The notes beneath the pieces were generated by a model. It had not been told where the DNA came from. It made no database searches and saw nothing but the letters and a program-made list of their open reading frames with translations. A DNA stretch of 64,000 bases from an uncultured Planctomycetales bacterium (GTDB lineage Bacteria; Planctomycetota; MHYJ01; JACPRB01): assembly GCA_964619955.1 (NCBI GenBank), contig CAZUJF010000002.1, positions 8,155 through 72,154 of the forward strand. Reading direction: 5' to 3'. This document shows positions 28,504 through 38,007 of this stretch, piece by piece (the stretch's first letter is position 1; every line of letters starts with the position of its first letter). The translations under genes and the position numbers were made by a program.

Positions 28504-29954
28504 GCGACGCTCTTTCGATCCGCCAGGACGTCGCCTCGAAGAAGACCTCGGCCCTCGAGGTCGCGCAGCGCTACCTCGCCCGCACCGAGGCCATCGATCC
28601 GAAGGTGCGCGCGTTCCTCTCCATCACGAAGGACGCGGCGCTCGCGCAGGCGCGGGCGTTGGACGAGAAACTTGCGAAGGGCGGCAAGCCCGGCCTGCTC
28701 GCGGGCGTGCCCGTCGCGCTGAAGGACAACCTCTGCACCACGGACGCGCCGACGACCTGCGCGTCGAAAATCCTTGAGACGTACCGGCCGCCCTACGACG
28801 CGACGGTGGTGCGCCGGCTGCGCGAGGAGGACGCGATCCTCATCGGCAAGACGAACCTCGACGAGTTCGCGATGGGCTCGTCGACGGAAAACTCCGCCTA
28901 CTTCACGACGCGCAATCCCTGGAACCTGTCCTGCGTGCCCGGCGGTTCGAGCGGCGGATCGGCGGCGGCGGTGGCCGCGGGTCTGGCGCCGCTCGCGCTC
29001 GGCAGCGACACGGGCGGCTCCATCCGGCAGCCCGCGGCGCTGACGGGGACGGTGGGCTTCAAGCCGACCTATGGATTGATCTCCCGCTACGGCCTCATCG
29101 CGTTCGGATCGAGTCTGGACCAGATCGGCCCCTTCGGGCGCACGGTGCGCGACGCCGCCCTGCTCACGCAGGTGATCGCGGGCCGCGACGCGATGGATTC
29201 GACGAGTCTCGACCGTCCCGTCCCGGCCTTGGTGGAGTCTCTCGAAGGACGTTCCGCGAAGGGTCTCCGGATCGGCGTGCCCAAGGAGTATTTCGGCACG
29301 GGGCTGGATCCCGAGGTGCGCGCCTCCGTCGAGGCGGCGATCGGCAAGCTCGTGTCGCAGGGCGCCATGCGGGTGGACGTGTCGCTGCCAATGACCGACT
29401 ACGGCATCGCGGCCTACTACATCGTGGCGCCGTCCGAGGCGAGCTCGAACCTGGCGCGCTACGACGGGGTGCACTACGGGCATCGCGCCAAGGGCGGCGA
29501 GGATCTGGCGGGCATGATGTCGAAGTCGCGCCGCGAGGGCTTCGGTCCCGAGGTGACGCGGCGCATCATCCTGGGGACGTTCGCGCTCTCGGCGGGCTAT
29601 GCGCAGGCCTACTACAACCACGCGCTGAAGGTGCGCCGGGCGATCAAGCGCGACTACGACCAGGCGTTCGCGTCCTGCGACGTGCTGGTGGGTCCGACGA
29701 CGCCGACGCCCGCGTTCGCGGTGGGCGCGAAGGCGGACGATCCGCTGGCGATGTACCTCTGCGACGTCTACACGGTGGCGACGAACCTGGCCGGGCTGCC
29801 GGGGATCTCCATCCCCTGCGGCCTGAGCAAGTCGGGTCTTCCCATGGGGTTGCAGATCCAGGGCCGGGCGCTGGACGACCTCGGCGTGCTCCAGGTCGCG
29901 CGGCTTTTCGAGCGCGAGATCGGGCTTTCCCTCCCCTGGCCGTCGTTAACGTAG
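28500..29954 (+). CDS. gatA: Asp-tRNA(Asn)/Glu-tRNA(Gln) amidotransferase subunit A
   Basis: Amidase signature GGSSGGSAAAVAAG, and LAGVPVALKDN. 484 aa. Confidence 0.9.
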   Translation: MSDALSIRQDVASKKTSALEVAQRYLARTEAIDPKVRAFLSITKDAALAQARALDEKLAKGGKPGLLAGVPVALKDNLCTTDAPTTCASKILETYRPPYDATVVRRLREEDAILIGKTNLDEFAMGSSTENSAYFTTRNPWNLSCVPGGSSGGSAAAVAAGLAPLALGSDTGGSIRQPAALTGTVGFKPTYGLISRYGLIAFGSSLDQIGPFGRTVRDAALLTQVIAGRDAMDSTSLDRPVPALVESLEGRSAKGLRIGVPKEYFGTGLDPEVRASVEAAIGKLVSQGAMRVDVSLPMTDYGIAAYYIVAPSEASSNLARYDGVHYGHRAKGGEDLAGMMSKSRREGFGPEVTRRIILGTFALSAGYAQAYYNHALKVRRAIKRDYDQAFASCDVLVGPTTPTPAFAVGAKADDPLAMYLCDVYTVATNLAGLPGISIPCGLSKSGLPMGLQIQGRALDDLGVLQVARLFEREIGLSLPWPSLT

Positions 29955-30029
29955 GTTCCGGGGCTCTCCCGGAACCGGCGCGATCGCAATAACCCATTGG
30001 GGTTCACCACAGGTGGTTCGACTCCTCTG

Positions 30030-30067
30030 GATTCCCCGGGGTGCCCAGAACGGCACCCCGGGGAATC
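30030..30067 (+). repeat. perfect 16-bp-stem palindrome (GATTCCCCGGGGTGCC-CAGAAC-GGCACCCCGGGGAATC), terminator-like hairpin without a U-tract
   Basis: Read directly from the sequence, 75 nt after the gatA stop and 18 nt before the tRNA. Confidence 0.45.
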
Positions 30068-30085
30068 TAGAGTCGCTCACCACAA

Positions 30086-30171
30086 GCCGGGGTGGCGAAA
30101 CTGGCATACGCTGGGGTTTTAAAAACCCCTGGTCCGCAAGGGCCGTGAGGGTTCAAGTCCCTCCCCCGGCA
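30086..30171 (+). tRNA. tRNA-Leu (anticodon UAA), type II with long variable arm; no encoded CCA
   Basis: Manual cloverleaf: acceptor GCCGGGG/CCCCGGC, anticodon stem GGGGU/ACCCC with loop UUUAAAA (U33, UAA, A37), variable stem GGUCC-GCAA-GGGCC, T-arm GAGGG-TTCAAGT-CCCTC, discriminator A. Confidence 0.8.
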
Positions 30172-30351
30172 CTTCGACTCCTCGCCTTTCCGGCTTCGCC
30201 GGAAAGACTCGTCGCTCAGTGCAAGCATTGCAGCAACGGAAGATCCCTCTCGGCGGAAGGCGAGGAGTCGAAGTGTGGTGAGCCTGCCGAACCAGCGGAG
30301 CCCGACGCTTCCAAGACGCCGGGCGGAGTCGAAGCAGGATAAGATGGGGGT

Positions 30352-30834
30352 GTGAAAGGATCGCTCCTCCCTCTGCTGCTGGCGCTAGGTGCTTGTTCTC
30401 AATCTTCGGAATCACCTTCCGCACCATGCCAGCGACTTCAGGTCCGCGGTGAGAAACTTACGCACAGTACGGGTCCCCCTCCTCATTATGGATGGTCATT
30501 TTGTGGATCGATCTCCCTTAAGGATGCCCCCCAGTCCAAGGTCATCTCGGACCGGTCGATTCCTCGGCGGCTCATGGGAAAGGACGGTAAGAACAAGGTG
30601 GACTTCCTCACGAACCGCTCTCGCGTCCGGATCATCGACGGGGGTTTCTATTTCATGGGGATTATCGAGGAGTCGGCACACTTCGGTTTCGCCCTAGATA
30701 CAAAGTGCGACCCCGATGTTTTCATTGAGTTCGAAGATCCCGTGGGAGGGAATTGGTCCGCCCGAGGGACGATGGAGATCCTGAAGGCCGGGCAGCCACG
30801 CCATCCCGACCTAGAGCAGGCGCTGAAAAAGTGA
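30352..30834 (+). CDS. lipoprotein of unknown function in a low-GC islet
   Basis: Lipobox LLLALGAC. Local GC is clearly below the window average. The gene is flanked by the tRNA on the left and repeat copy B on the right. Confidence 0.5.
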   Translation: MKGSLLPLLLALGACSQSSESPSAPCQRLQVRGEKLTHSTGPPPHYGWSFCGSISLKDAPQSKVISDRSIPRRLMGKDGKNKVDFLTNRSRVRIIDGGFYFMGIIEESAHFGFALDTKCDPDVFIEFEDPVGGNWSARGTMEILKAGQPRHPDLEQALKK

Positions 30835-30872
30835 GCCTCCACTGGTCAATGGGGCACCCCCCTCTCGGGCCT

Positions 30873-30980
30873 CTCAATAATCGATGGCTTTAGAGCCCCT
30901 TGGGGCGCAAGGGCCGTGAGGGCCTGGTCACGCCGGAGCCAACGACGGTTCCGGCGGAGGCGGCTCAAGTCCCTCCTCCC
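30873..30980. repeat. ~100-bp repeat copy B, containing a tRNA-3'-end-like fragment (GCAAGGGCCGTGAGG...TCAAGTCCCTCC)
   Basis: Shares 15-nt and 12-nt exact blocks with the variable arm and T-arm of the tRNA-Leu at 30086. Its 5' part CTCAATAATCGATGGCTTTAGAGCCCC parallels copy C. Confidence 0.5.
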
Positions 30981-31278
30981 ATCCCCTCTTGGGCTGTCTT
31001 GAAGAATGTGGTTTCTGGAAAAACCACATCAGGTTCCGCCTGTCCCCTCCAAGTCAGATGCACGACCGCAAAGAGGGCGGGGCCGTTGACCAGCGAGAAA
31101 AGCACATCGTCACTGTCGGTGCATTTCCCCAACGCGCTCGCCCTGACGCCATAGAGGGGGTGGGCCGGTGAGAGTTCAAGGGCAAGCTCTGCCTCCAACC
31201 TTGCGGCGGAGGGGCCACTCACTGGCTCCCATGGGGATCGCCAAATCAGCTCCACTTCGGAGATCATATCGAGATGCC

Positions 31279-31373
31279 TGTTCAATAACCGATGTTTTAC
31301 AAGCCCCCTTGACCGCAGGAGTCTGTTCCCGCCGCAGTCGACGACGGATCCGGCGGAGGGTCGCGCCCCCTCC
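31279..31373. repeat. ~100-bp repeat copy C (degenerate direct repeat of copy B)
   Basis: TTCAATAACCGATGTTTTACAAGCCCC...GACGACGGATCCGGCGGAGGG aligns with copy B (CTCAATAATCGATGGCTTTAGAGCCCC...AACGACGGTTCCGGCGGAGGC). Confidence 0.45.
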
Positions 31374-31432
31374 GGATTGACACGGCCGGTCGCCGCCCGG
31401 TGTACTGTCCGTACTTGGTTGAGGAGCGGCTT

Positions 31433-32365
31433 ATGCGTTGGAATCGGCGACTCTACTCCTGTGGATGGGCCGCGGCGGCCCTGCTGGCCTGCGCGCTGCC
31501 CCTGGCGGCGCAGAACGAAGCGGATCCGCCCGAGCCGCAGCCGCTCGTGCCGGGCGCGAAGGTCCTCAGACTCTGGCCCAAGGGCTCGCCCAAACTGAAA
31601 AACCTGCCCGGCTCGGACAAGCCCGAGGTCCTGCACCTGTCCAAGGGCGCCGAGCCGCGCGTGATGCACGTCGACAACATCCACAACCCCTCCCTCGAAC
31701 TTCACCTGGCTCCGGCCGAGAAAGCAAACGGCCTGGGCGTGGTCGTCGTTGCGGGCGGGGGCAACAAGACGCTCTGGGTTGGGCCCGAAGGGGTCGACGT
31801 GGCCAAGTGGCTCAACGGCCTGGGCGTGCACGCGTTCGTCGAGCGGCACCGGCTCCAGCCCTACGACTCGACGGTCGATGCGCTCGCCGACACGCAGCGC
31901 TCGATCCGCTTGGTGCGCGCGCATGCGGCGGAGTGGGGCGTGGATCCGAAGCGGGTGGGCATCATGGGCTTCAGCGCCGGGGGCGAGCAGGCCGCGTGGG
32001 TGACGCTCAAGTTCGACGCCGGCGACCCCAAGGCCGAGGACCCCGTGGAGCGCGAGAGCTGCCGGCCGGATTTCTCGGTGCTGATCTACCCGGGCTGGAA
32101 GCGGATGGACCTCGACAGCGTGCCGAAGAACACGCCCCCGTCGTTCATCACCTGCGCCGGCATCGACGACGCGTTCCACGCGAAACAATCCGTGGAGTTC
32201 TACCTGGCGCTCTTCAACGCGAAGATCCCCGTCGAGATGCATCTCTACGGCCGCGGCGGCCATGGCGGCAGCATCGACCCACGCAAGGGCATCCCCTTCG
32301 GCAGCTGGCCCGCCCGCTTCGTCGAGTGGGCGAAGGACCTGAAGCTGATGGACGCGAAGCCGTGA
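31433..32365 (+). CDS. secreted alpha/beta-hydrolase (esterase/lipase family)
   Basis: Signal peptide, nucleophile elbow GFSAGG, and a catalytic His region near the C-terminus (GGHGG). Confidence 0.75.
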   Translation: MRWNRRLYSCGWAAAALLACALPLAAQNEADPPEPQPLVPGAKVLRLWPKGSPKLKNLPGSDKPEVLHLSKGAEPRVMHVDNIHNPSLELHLAPAEKANGLGVVVVAGGGNKTLWVGPEGVDVAKWLNGLGVHAFVERHRLQPYDSTVDALADTQRSIRLVRAHAAEWGVDPKRVGIMGFSAGGEQAAWVTLKFDAGDPKAEDPVERESCRPDFSVLIYPGWKRMDLDSVPKNTPPSFITCAGIDDAFHAKQSVEFYLALFNAKIPVEMHLYGRGGHGGSIDPRKGIPFGSWPARFVEWAKDLKLMDAKP

Positions 32366-33618
32366 AGCGGATCCTGACCGGCCGGCGCTCGTTCTTGAAG
32401 ACTTCGGCCGCTCTGGCGGCCGCCGCCCCCCTGTCGGGCTGTTTGCTCGAGAAGCAGTCCCCCGCCGGCCCCCTCATCGCGTACGTCGGCACCTTCAGCT
32501 CGCCCCTCCGCGACATGCTGCCCACCCAGGTGGATCTCCCGCCCGGGAACGGCCGCGGCATCCATCTCTTCCAGGTCGATCGCGCCACCGGCGCGCTGAC
32601 GCCGCAGGGCGTCGTCGAGAGGGGCACGAGCCCGAGCTGCCTCGCGCTCAATGCGGCCGGCACCCGCCTCTATTCCGCCAACGAGACCGACCGCGTCGGC
32701 GAGGACAAGCAGGGAACGGTCAGCGCCTTCGCCGTGACCCGGACGGACGGCGCCCTCCAGCTCCTCAACACCGTGCGCTCCGGCGGCGCCGGGCCCACCT
32801 ATGTGAGCGTCCATCCGGGAGGACGCCATCTGCTCGTCGCCAACTACTTCGGCGGTTCCGTGGCGGTGCTCCCGATCCAAGCCGACGGCCGCCTGGGCGA
32901 GGCCACGGACATCAAGGTCGACGCCGGCAAGATCGGCCCTCCGCGGGCCCCGCACGCCCCGCCCGGCAGTTTCGCCTTCAGCGGCCACGACCGCACCCAC
33001 GCCCACATGATCCAGGCGGACCCCTCGGGACGCCGCGTCCTGCACGTCGACCTGGGCCTGGACCAGATCTTCGTCTGGACCTTCGACGTCCAGCGCGGCG
33101 TGCTGACCCCGAACGACCCGCCCTCGGTGCCGCTGCCCCCCGGAGACGGGCCGCGGCACTTCCATTTCCATCCCAACGGCCGCTGGTTCTACTCCATCCA
33201 GGAGGAAGGCTCGACGCTCGTGCTCTTCGACTACGACGCCGCTTCCGGCCGGCTGAGCCCGCGGCAGACGATCTCCACGCTTCCAGCCGGTTTTGCGGGC
33301 AGCAACTTCTGCTCCGAGATCCTGGTGTCCGCGGACGGCCGCTTCGTTTACGCCGGCAACCGGCTGCACGACAGCATCGGCATCTTCTCGGTCGGCGGCG
33401 ACGGCGTCCTGACGCACGTCGGCGAGGAATGGACGCGCGGCAACTATCCGCGCAGCTTCACGTTCGATCCCACGGGCCGCTTCCTCTACTGCTGCAACCA
33501 GCGCGGGGACAACGTCGCCGTCTTCCGGGTGGACCGCTCGAGCGGAGGGTTGAGCTTCAGCGGCCATTATGCGCCCGTCGGCAACCCCTCGCACATCGTC
33601 TTCCTCGATCTCGCCTGA
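32362..33618 (+). CDS. lactonase, 7-bladed beta-propeller family (6-phosphogluconolactonase-like) with Tat-type signal
   Basis: GTG start overlapping the esterase stop. RRSFLKTSAALAAAAP twin-arginine motif. Repeated hydrophobic/Gly blades: LLVANYFGGSVAV, RFVYAGNRLHDSIGIF and RFLYCCNQRGDNVAVF. Confidence 0.7.
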   Translation: MKRILTGRRSFLKTSAALAAAAPLSGCLLEKQSPAGPLIAYVGTFSSPLRDMLPTQVDLPPGNGRGIHLFQVDRATGALTPQGVVERGTSPSCLALNAAGTRLYSANETDRVGEDKQGTVSAFAVTRTDGALQLLNTVRSGGAGPTYVSVHPGGRHLLVANYFGGSVAVLPIQADGRLGEATDIKVDAGKIGPPRAPHAPPGSFAFSGHDRTHAHMIQADPSGRRVLHVDLGLDQIFVWTFDVQRGVLTPNDPPSVPLPPGDGPRHFHFHPNGRWFYSIQEEGSTLVLFDYDAASGRLSPRQTISTLPAGFAGSNFCSEILVSADGRFVYAGNRLHDSIGIFSVGGDGVLTHVGEEWTRGNYPRSFTFDPTGRFLYCCNQRGDNVAVFRVDRSSGGLSFSGHYAPVGNPSHIVFLDLA

Positions 33619-33635
33619 CGCTATACTGTCGCCCG

Positions 33636-34586
33636 ATGGCGCCAAGCGCTCCGGCTTCCCTCGCGCTGTCGATCGACTGCGACGGCTGCACCCTGGAGAG
33701 GCTCCATCGCGTGCTCCGCTACTGGGCCACGGACGAGACGACCGAGTTCGGCCCCGGATTGCAGCTGCCCGTCGCCTCGTCGATGTTCGCGTATTCGAGG
33801 AATCCCGCGGCGCCGCCGCAGGCGTCCTACCTGGACGGAGATCGCGACGGATTGCTGGAGGCCTGGCGGCGCGGCTGGATCGACAGCCTCCACGGCCTCG
33901 GGGATTTCTCGGCGGCGCAGCCCTGCACCCGCGAGCTCGCCCGCCGGGCCTTCGACGCGCTCGCCGCCGACGGAGTGCGCCTCCGCGTCTGGACCAACCA
34001 CGGGGGTCCCGAGAACGTCCAGAATCTCCTCAAGGACGGGGCCGTCGGGGATCAGCCCGGCTCCGCCTGTTATCTGGCCGACCTGGCCCATGACTACGGC
34101 ATCCGCTACGTCTGGAACAGCGAGCTGACCCCGCTGGTGGGGCAGGGCCGCGATGCGGCGCCGGCCGAATATTACGCCCGGCACGCGGACCGGCCGCTCC
34201 TCGCGCGCTGGACGGCGCGGCTGGCCCACGGATGGGGCGGGCAGCTGGTCCGCAGCGCCGGGATCGTGCCGTATCCGGGCAACCGGCTGCTGGAGCGGCG
34301 GAGACTTCGCGACGGCCGGGAGGTCCGGACGTTCCTCCGCTACGGCCGCTGGCGCTTCGACACGATCTCGCGCCTTCCCCTCATCCTCTCCGAAGCGGTG
34401 CTCGACGAGCTGGCCGCCTCCGGGGCCGCGATGATCGTCTATCTGCACATCGGCCCCTCTCCGGACGAGACGCCCGAGAATCTGCGGCTCGGGATGAAGG
34501 CGCTGGACGCCGTCGCGCGCCGGGTCCGCGAGGGAAGGCTCCGGGTGGCCCGAACGGCGGACCTGCTCGATCAGGCCGCTGTTTGA
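33636..34586 (+). CDS. hypothetical protein (possibly a polysaccharide-deacetylase-like hydrolase)
   Basis: 316 aa from the internal Met of the track ORF. The SIDCDG and WTNHGGPEN motifs are only weakly reminiscent of the NodB fold. Confidence 0.45.
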   Translation: MAPSAPASLALSIDCDGCTLERLHRVLRYWATDETTEFGPGLQLPVASSMFAYSRNPAAPPQASYLDGDRDGLLEAWRRGWIDSLHGLGDFSAAQPCTRELARRAFDALAADGVRLRVWTNHGGPENVQNLLKDGAVGDQPGSACYLADLAHDYGIRYVWNSELTPLVGQGRDAAPAEYYARHADRPLLARWTARLAHGWGGQLVRSAGIVPYPGNRLLERRRLRDGREVRTFLRYGRWRFDTISRLPLILSEAVLDELAASGAAMIVYLHIGPSPDETPENLRLGMKALDAVARRVREGRLRVARTADLLDQAAV

Positions 34587-34746
34587 AGCCGCGTCGTGCG
34601 GGCGATGCGCCGGGCCTCGCGGCGAATCCGAAGCCGGCGAGGAAGCCGGACACCCGCCGGAACTCCGCGTCGCCCCCGGTCCGGTGGGAGGCCGCGGTTC
34701 CGCCCCGGCGGACGGTGGCGGAGTTGCGGAGGGCGGCGCCTTGGCG

Positions 34747-36504
34747 TCAGCGCAGCTTCCAGAAGTGGAATCCGCCCAGCTCACGGGGCGGACCGCAGCG
34801 CTGCTCGAGCAGGTCGCGCCGCGCTGTCCGCCGCGTCTCCACGCCGAAGGCTTCGAGCTGGGCGTCGGTGAGCGTCCGAAAGAAGGCCACCCGGGGGACG
34901 AGGGTCCCCTTCTCCGCCGTCACGGCGACATCGAAGCGGCCCGGGTTTTCACGAAGCAGCCCGAGCACGTCCGCTTCGCTCACGCCCGTCCGGCGGCCCC
35001 CGGAATTCTCCGGGACCAGCTCCTGGCGGGGGGCGTCGTACCACTCGCAGTAGCGATCGCCGTAGAAGGGGGTGTAGAAGGGGATCGAATCCGTCAACAG
35101 GAGCACTCGGGCGTCGGGCGGCACCGCGTCCCGCAGCGCCAGGCCCAGCCGGTGATAGAATTCGTAGGCCCCCTCGGTGCTCAGTCTCCGGTGCAGCATC
35201 CAGCCGCTCTGGAGCAGGCAGAGGCCCAGCAGGGCCGGCACGAGCGGGAGGGCGGGGGCGGGACGCCGCGCCTGGAGCCAGGATCCGATCCGCGCGAGGC
35301 CCGACGCGGCGGCCAGCGCGAAGAAGACGACGAGCGGATAGCTGAAGTATTCGTGACCGGCGGCCAGACTGCGAAAGACGAACTCGTCCAGTCCGAGCAG
35401 GGCGAGCCCCAGGATCACGCGGTCGTCGCGCGTCAGGCCCCGCCGGAAGAGGGTGGCGAGCCAGGCCGCGGCAAGCCCGAGCGCCGGCACCGTCATCAGC
35501 AGCGCCAGTTCGCGGCACTCCCCGGACAGATAGCCCAGCAGCGAGCGGTCCTGAAGGGCGCTGCGGGAGACGGCCGCGGTGAAAAGCTTGCGGATCGGGT
35601 CGAGGTCGGGCGGCGACGCGGCCCACAGCTGGAGGAGGTACAGCCCGAAGACCGCCCCGTTCCAGGGGATCAGGGCGAGCACCGTGCCCGTCCGGCCCTG
35701 GCCGCTGCGGACATGGGCGGCGGCCAGCGCCAGCGCGATGTAGTAGCCGGACCAGGAGCAATAGCAGGCGAAGAGGATCGAGAGCAGCAGCCCTGCGAGA
35801 TCGGGCCTCCGTCCGCCGTCCCGCCAGCGCAGATAACAGAGGACGGCGGAGAGCGTCCCGACGAGCCCCATCACCTGCAGCCCCGTCACGATCGAGTAGT
35901 ACGCAAAGCTTGGCAGGAAGGCGAAGATCAGCGTCGCCGCGCGGTCGCAGGGGGCCGGCACGAGGCGCCGGGCGACGGCGTGGAACAGCAGCACCGCCGA
36001 AAGGGAGAACAGGATGAACGTGATCCTGAAGCTCGCTTCACTGACGCCGAAGAGCGCGAAGGAGCCGGCGAGGACGAGCACGGGGAGCGGCGGGTGATTC
36101 GCATAGTAGTAGCGCCGGTGATCCGGATAGGGATCGAGGCTGGGGCCCGAAACGTCGAGTTTGAGCCCGAAGGTCTTCGAGAGGCCGAACTTGAGATGGT
36201 TGCGGGCGTGTTTGCCCAGCTCCGCGCCCACGGATTCGTGCTGCCGGAGGAACGGCCGGGTCAGGTGCACGCTTTGCACGAGCGCGAGCGCGAGCAGGAG
36301 GGCCGTGAGGAAGGCGGCCTCGCTTTTCCGGCTGCTCAAGGCTGCGCCCCTCGCGCCCCCGGGGAGAGCCAGGCGAAGTAGGAACAATAGATTTCCAGCG
36401 TGCGCCGGAGCGGGGGGAGGCCGTCCACGTCCCGAGTGTAGCGCGCCCTTCTTCGCCTTTTGCTCGCGATTTGCTGAATCCGGACGCGCGGCATGACGAT
36501 ACAA
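34747..36504 (-). CDS. GT39/ArnT-like membrane glycosyltransferase (PMT_2 family)
   Basis: About 11 TM helices with the YYYANHPPLP family motif. The real start may be an internal TTG near 36345. Confidence 0.65.
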   Translation of the reverse strand: MYRHAARPDSANREQKAKKGALHSGRGRPPPAPAHAGNLLFLLRLALPGGARGAALSSRKSEAAFLTALLLALALVQSVHLTRPFLRQHESVGAELGKHARNHLKFGLSKTFGLKLDVSGPSLDPYPDHRRYYYANHPPLPVLVLAGSFALFGVSEASFRITFILFSLSAVLLFHAVARRLVPAPCDRAATLIFAFLPSFAYYSIVTGLQVMGLVGTLSAVLCYLRWRDGGRRPDLAGLLLSILFACYCSWSGYYIALALAAAHVRSGQGRTGTVLALIPWNGAVFGLYLLQLWAASPPDLDPIRKLFTAAVSRSALQDRSLLGYLSGECRELALLMTVPALGLAAAWLATLFRRGLTRDDRVILGLALLGLDEFVFRSLAAGHEYFSYPLVVFFALAAASGLARIGSWLQARRPAPALPLVPALLGLCLLQSGWMLHRRLSTEGAYEFYHRLGLALRDAVPPDARVLLLTDSIPFYTPFYGDRYCEWYDAPRQELVPENSGGRRTGVSEADVLGLLRENPGRFDVAVTAEKGTLVPRVAFFRTLTDAQLEAFGVETRRTARRDLLEQRCGPPRELGGFHFWKLR

Positions 36505-36710
36505 CCCGTGACATGCGCACGTCGAAACGCAGCCCGCTCCGGATCACGCCCTCCCTGCGGCGGAAGATCGACGACCTCGCGCTCTGGCTGGGCGAAGGCC
36601 GCCCCCGGGCGGTCGCCGAGGCCCGCCGCGCCTTCGTCGGACTTCTGACGGAAGCCGCGCGGCAGCCGCTGCTGACGCTGTTGGGCGAGCCCGGCGACCC
36701 TATCCCTTGA
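36471..36710 (+). CDS. small hypothetical protein, possibly ribbon-helix-helix-like
   Basis: 79-aa ORF. LRITPSLRRKIDDLALWLGE has a beta-strand-then-helix pattern like CopG/Arc. It overlaps the ends of both neighbours, so it may be spurious. Confidence 0.25.
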   Translation: MLNPDARHDDTTRDMRTSKRSPLRITPSLRRKIDDLALWLGEGRPRAVAEARRAFVGLLTEAARQPLLTLLGEPGDPIP

Positions 36711-37998
36711 GCGGCAGCTGGTAGGTGAAGCGGAACTCCATGCCCTCGAGACGGGCCTCCGGGAGGATGCTCACCTGCGCCATCTTCAGCACCCGGCCCT
36801 CGGCGTCCTTCACCTCGACGGGCTGGACCTGCACCGCCGTCTCCGGCGACTTCTTCGCCAGGGGTCCGAGGAATTCGAGCAGCTCCGTTCTGAGGAACCC
36901 GGCGCCCGCCTCCCCCGCCGGCATCTCGTCCATCAGGAACGCGCACAGCTGCGCGAGGCGCCCCGCCATCATCTGATACCCGAAGGTCCCCGCGACGGTG
37001 AGCCTGCCGGGCGCGCTGCGGTGGGTGTTCACCGCCAGCGGGATCATGAGCGAGTCCGCGTTCATGCGCCCGCAGAGCGGCGTGAATCCGCCGCGGGCCA
37101 GCTCCTGGACCAGCGTGTCGGGCACCTCGACCTCGGTCGTGAGCGGGACGGACTGGTTCGCGGCCTTGAAGTGCGGCCGGGTGGGCAGGCCCTGGAAGCC
37201 GCCCGAGCGCGGGCCGGTCAGGTCGATCGCATGGCCGATCGCGGCGATGCTCCGGGCGGCGGAGGCCGCCACGATCCACACCCCTCTGCCCCAGAGCCAG
37301 GTTTCGGGTTTCGAAGGGTCGGTCTTCTCCGCGAAGCCCCCCTTGTCCGCCGTGTACGGCATCCGCTGCAGCCAGCGGTTGACCGTGAGCGAGGTCCAGC
37401 GCGCCGTCTCGGACTTCTGGAATTTCTGCCAGGCCGCGTGCGCGCCGTCCATCAGGCGCTGCGGAATGTCCCCGAGTTTCGACAGCAGATTCAGCTGCTT
37501 GAGGCCGAAGAACGCCGCTGAAGCGCCGGCGAGCAGCGGCGCCTGGGCGACCTTCGCCATGTCGCCGAGTTCCGTGAGCGCGGCCAGGTCCGACCCCAGA
37601 TGCGAGTAGTCGTAGTCGGCGATCACGAGCCCCAGGGGCGGCGTGCGCAGCTCGCGCATCTCCGGTTCGAAGACCGCCTCGCGGAAGCGCGCCGCCGCCT
37701 CCTTCGCCGTCGCGCTGAGCACGTCGATGCGGATCCCCTTCGCATGCTCCTGCAGCAGGCGGAGGCCGCGCAGCGCCGATTCGACGCGCTGGAACGCGGG
37801 GTCGTGCAGGACGGCGTCCGAAGCCTGGACCAGCGAGGCTTCGCCGGAGAGTTCGATGCGGCCGCCGCCCGCCTCCACGGAGGGTCGCAGGGCGCCGAGG
37901 ATCGCGTCGAGGCCGCCTTCGGCGGGGATGCGGACCGGATCCTTCGAGAAGAGGCCGAGGTCCGCGAGGACGACGAAGCGCCAGCCGAGGGGTTTCAT
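36700..37998 (-). CDS. fused, truncated TssB/TssC-like contractile-sheath paralog (432 aa)
   Basis: N-terminal WRFVVLADLGLFSKDP resembles the canonical TssB segment FKMLVMGDFTGRTDD. FQRVESALRGLRLL, VIADYDYSHLGSDLAALTELGDMAKVAQAPLLAGASAAFFG and NRWLQRMPY parallel the canonical TssC at 52263 (FQKLESAWRGIKLL, IVANYDFGPGPQDIALLQKLASVATMSHAPFIANAGPKFFG, PRFLLRLPYG). Confidence 0.7.
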   Translation of the reverse strand: MKPLGWRFVVLADLGLFSKDPVRIPAEGGLDAILGALRPSVEAGGGRIELSGEASLVQASDAVLHDPAFQRVESALRGLRLLQEHAKGIRIDVLSATAKEAAARFREAVFEPEMRELRTPPLGLVIADYDYSHLGSDLAALTELGDMAKVAQAPLLAGASAAFFGLKQLNLLSKLGDIPQRLMDGAHAAWQKFQKSETARWTSLTVNRWLQRMPYTADKGGFAEKTDPSKPETWLWGRGVWIVAASAARSIAAIGHAIDLTGPRSGGFQGLPTRPHFKAANQSVPLTTEVEVPDTLVQELARGGFTPLCGRMNADSLMIPLAVNTHRSAPGRLTVAGTFGYQMMAGRLAQLCAFLMDEMPAGEAGAGFLRTELLEFLGPLAKKSPETAVQVQPVEVKDAEGRVLKMAQVSILPEARLEGMEFRFTYQLPLKG

Positions 37999-38007
37999 CA
38001 GGATCTC

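Noticed and set aside
30001-30030. GGTTCGACTCC T-loop-like motif upstream of the tRNA, a possible second tRNA or pseudo-tRNA.
   Set aside because: No complementary acceptor or T-stem could be built, with only 3 of 5 T-stem pairs and no 5' half. It is treated as part of the repeat-rich tRNA neighbourhood, not as an RNA gene.
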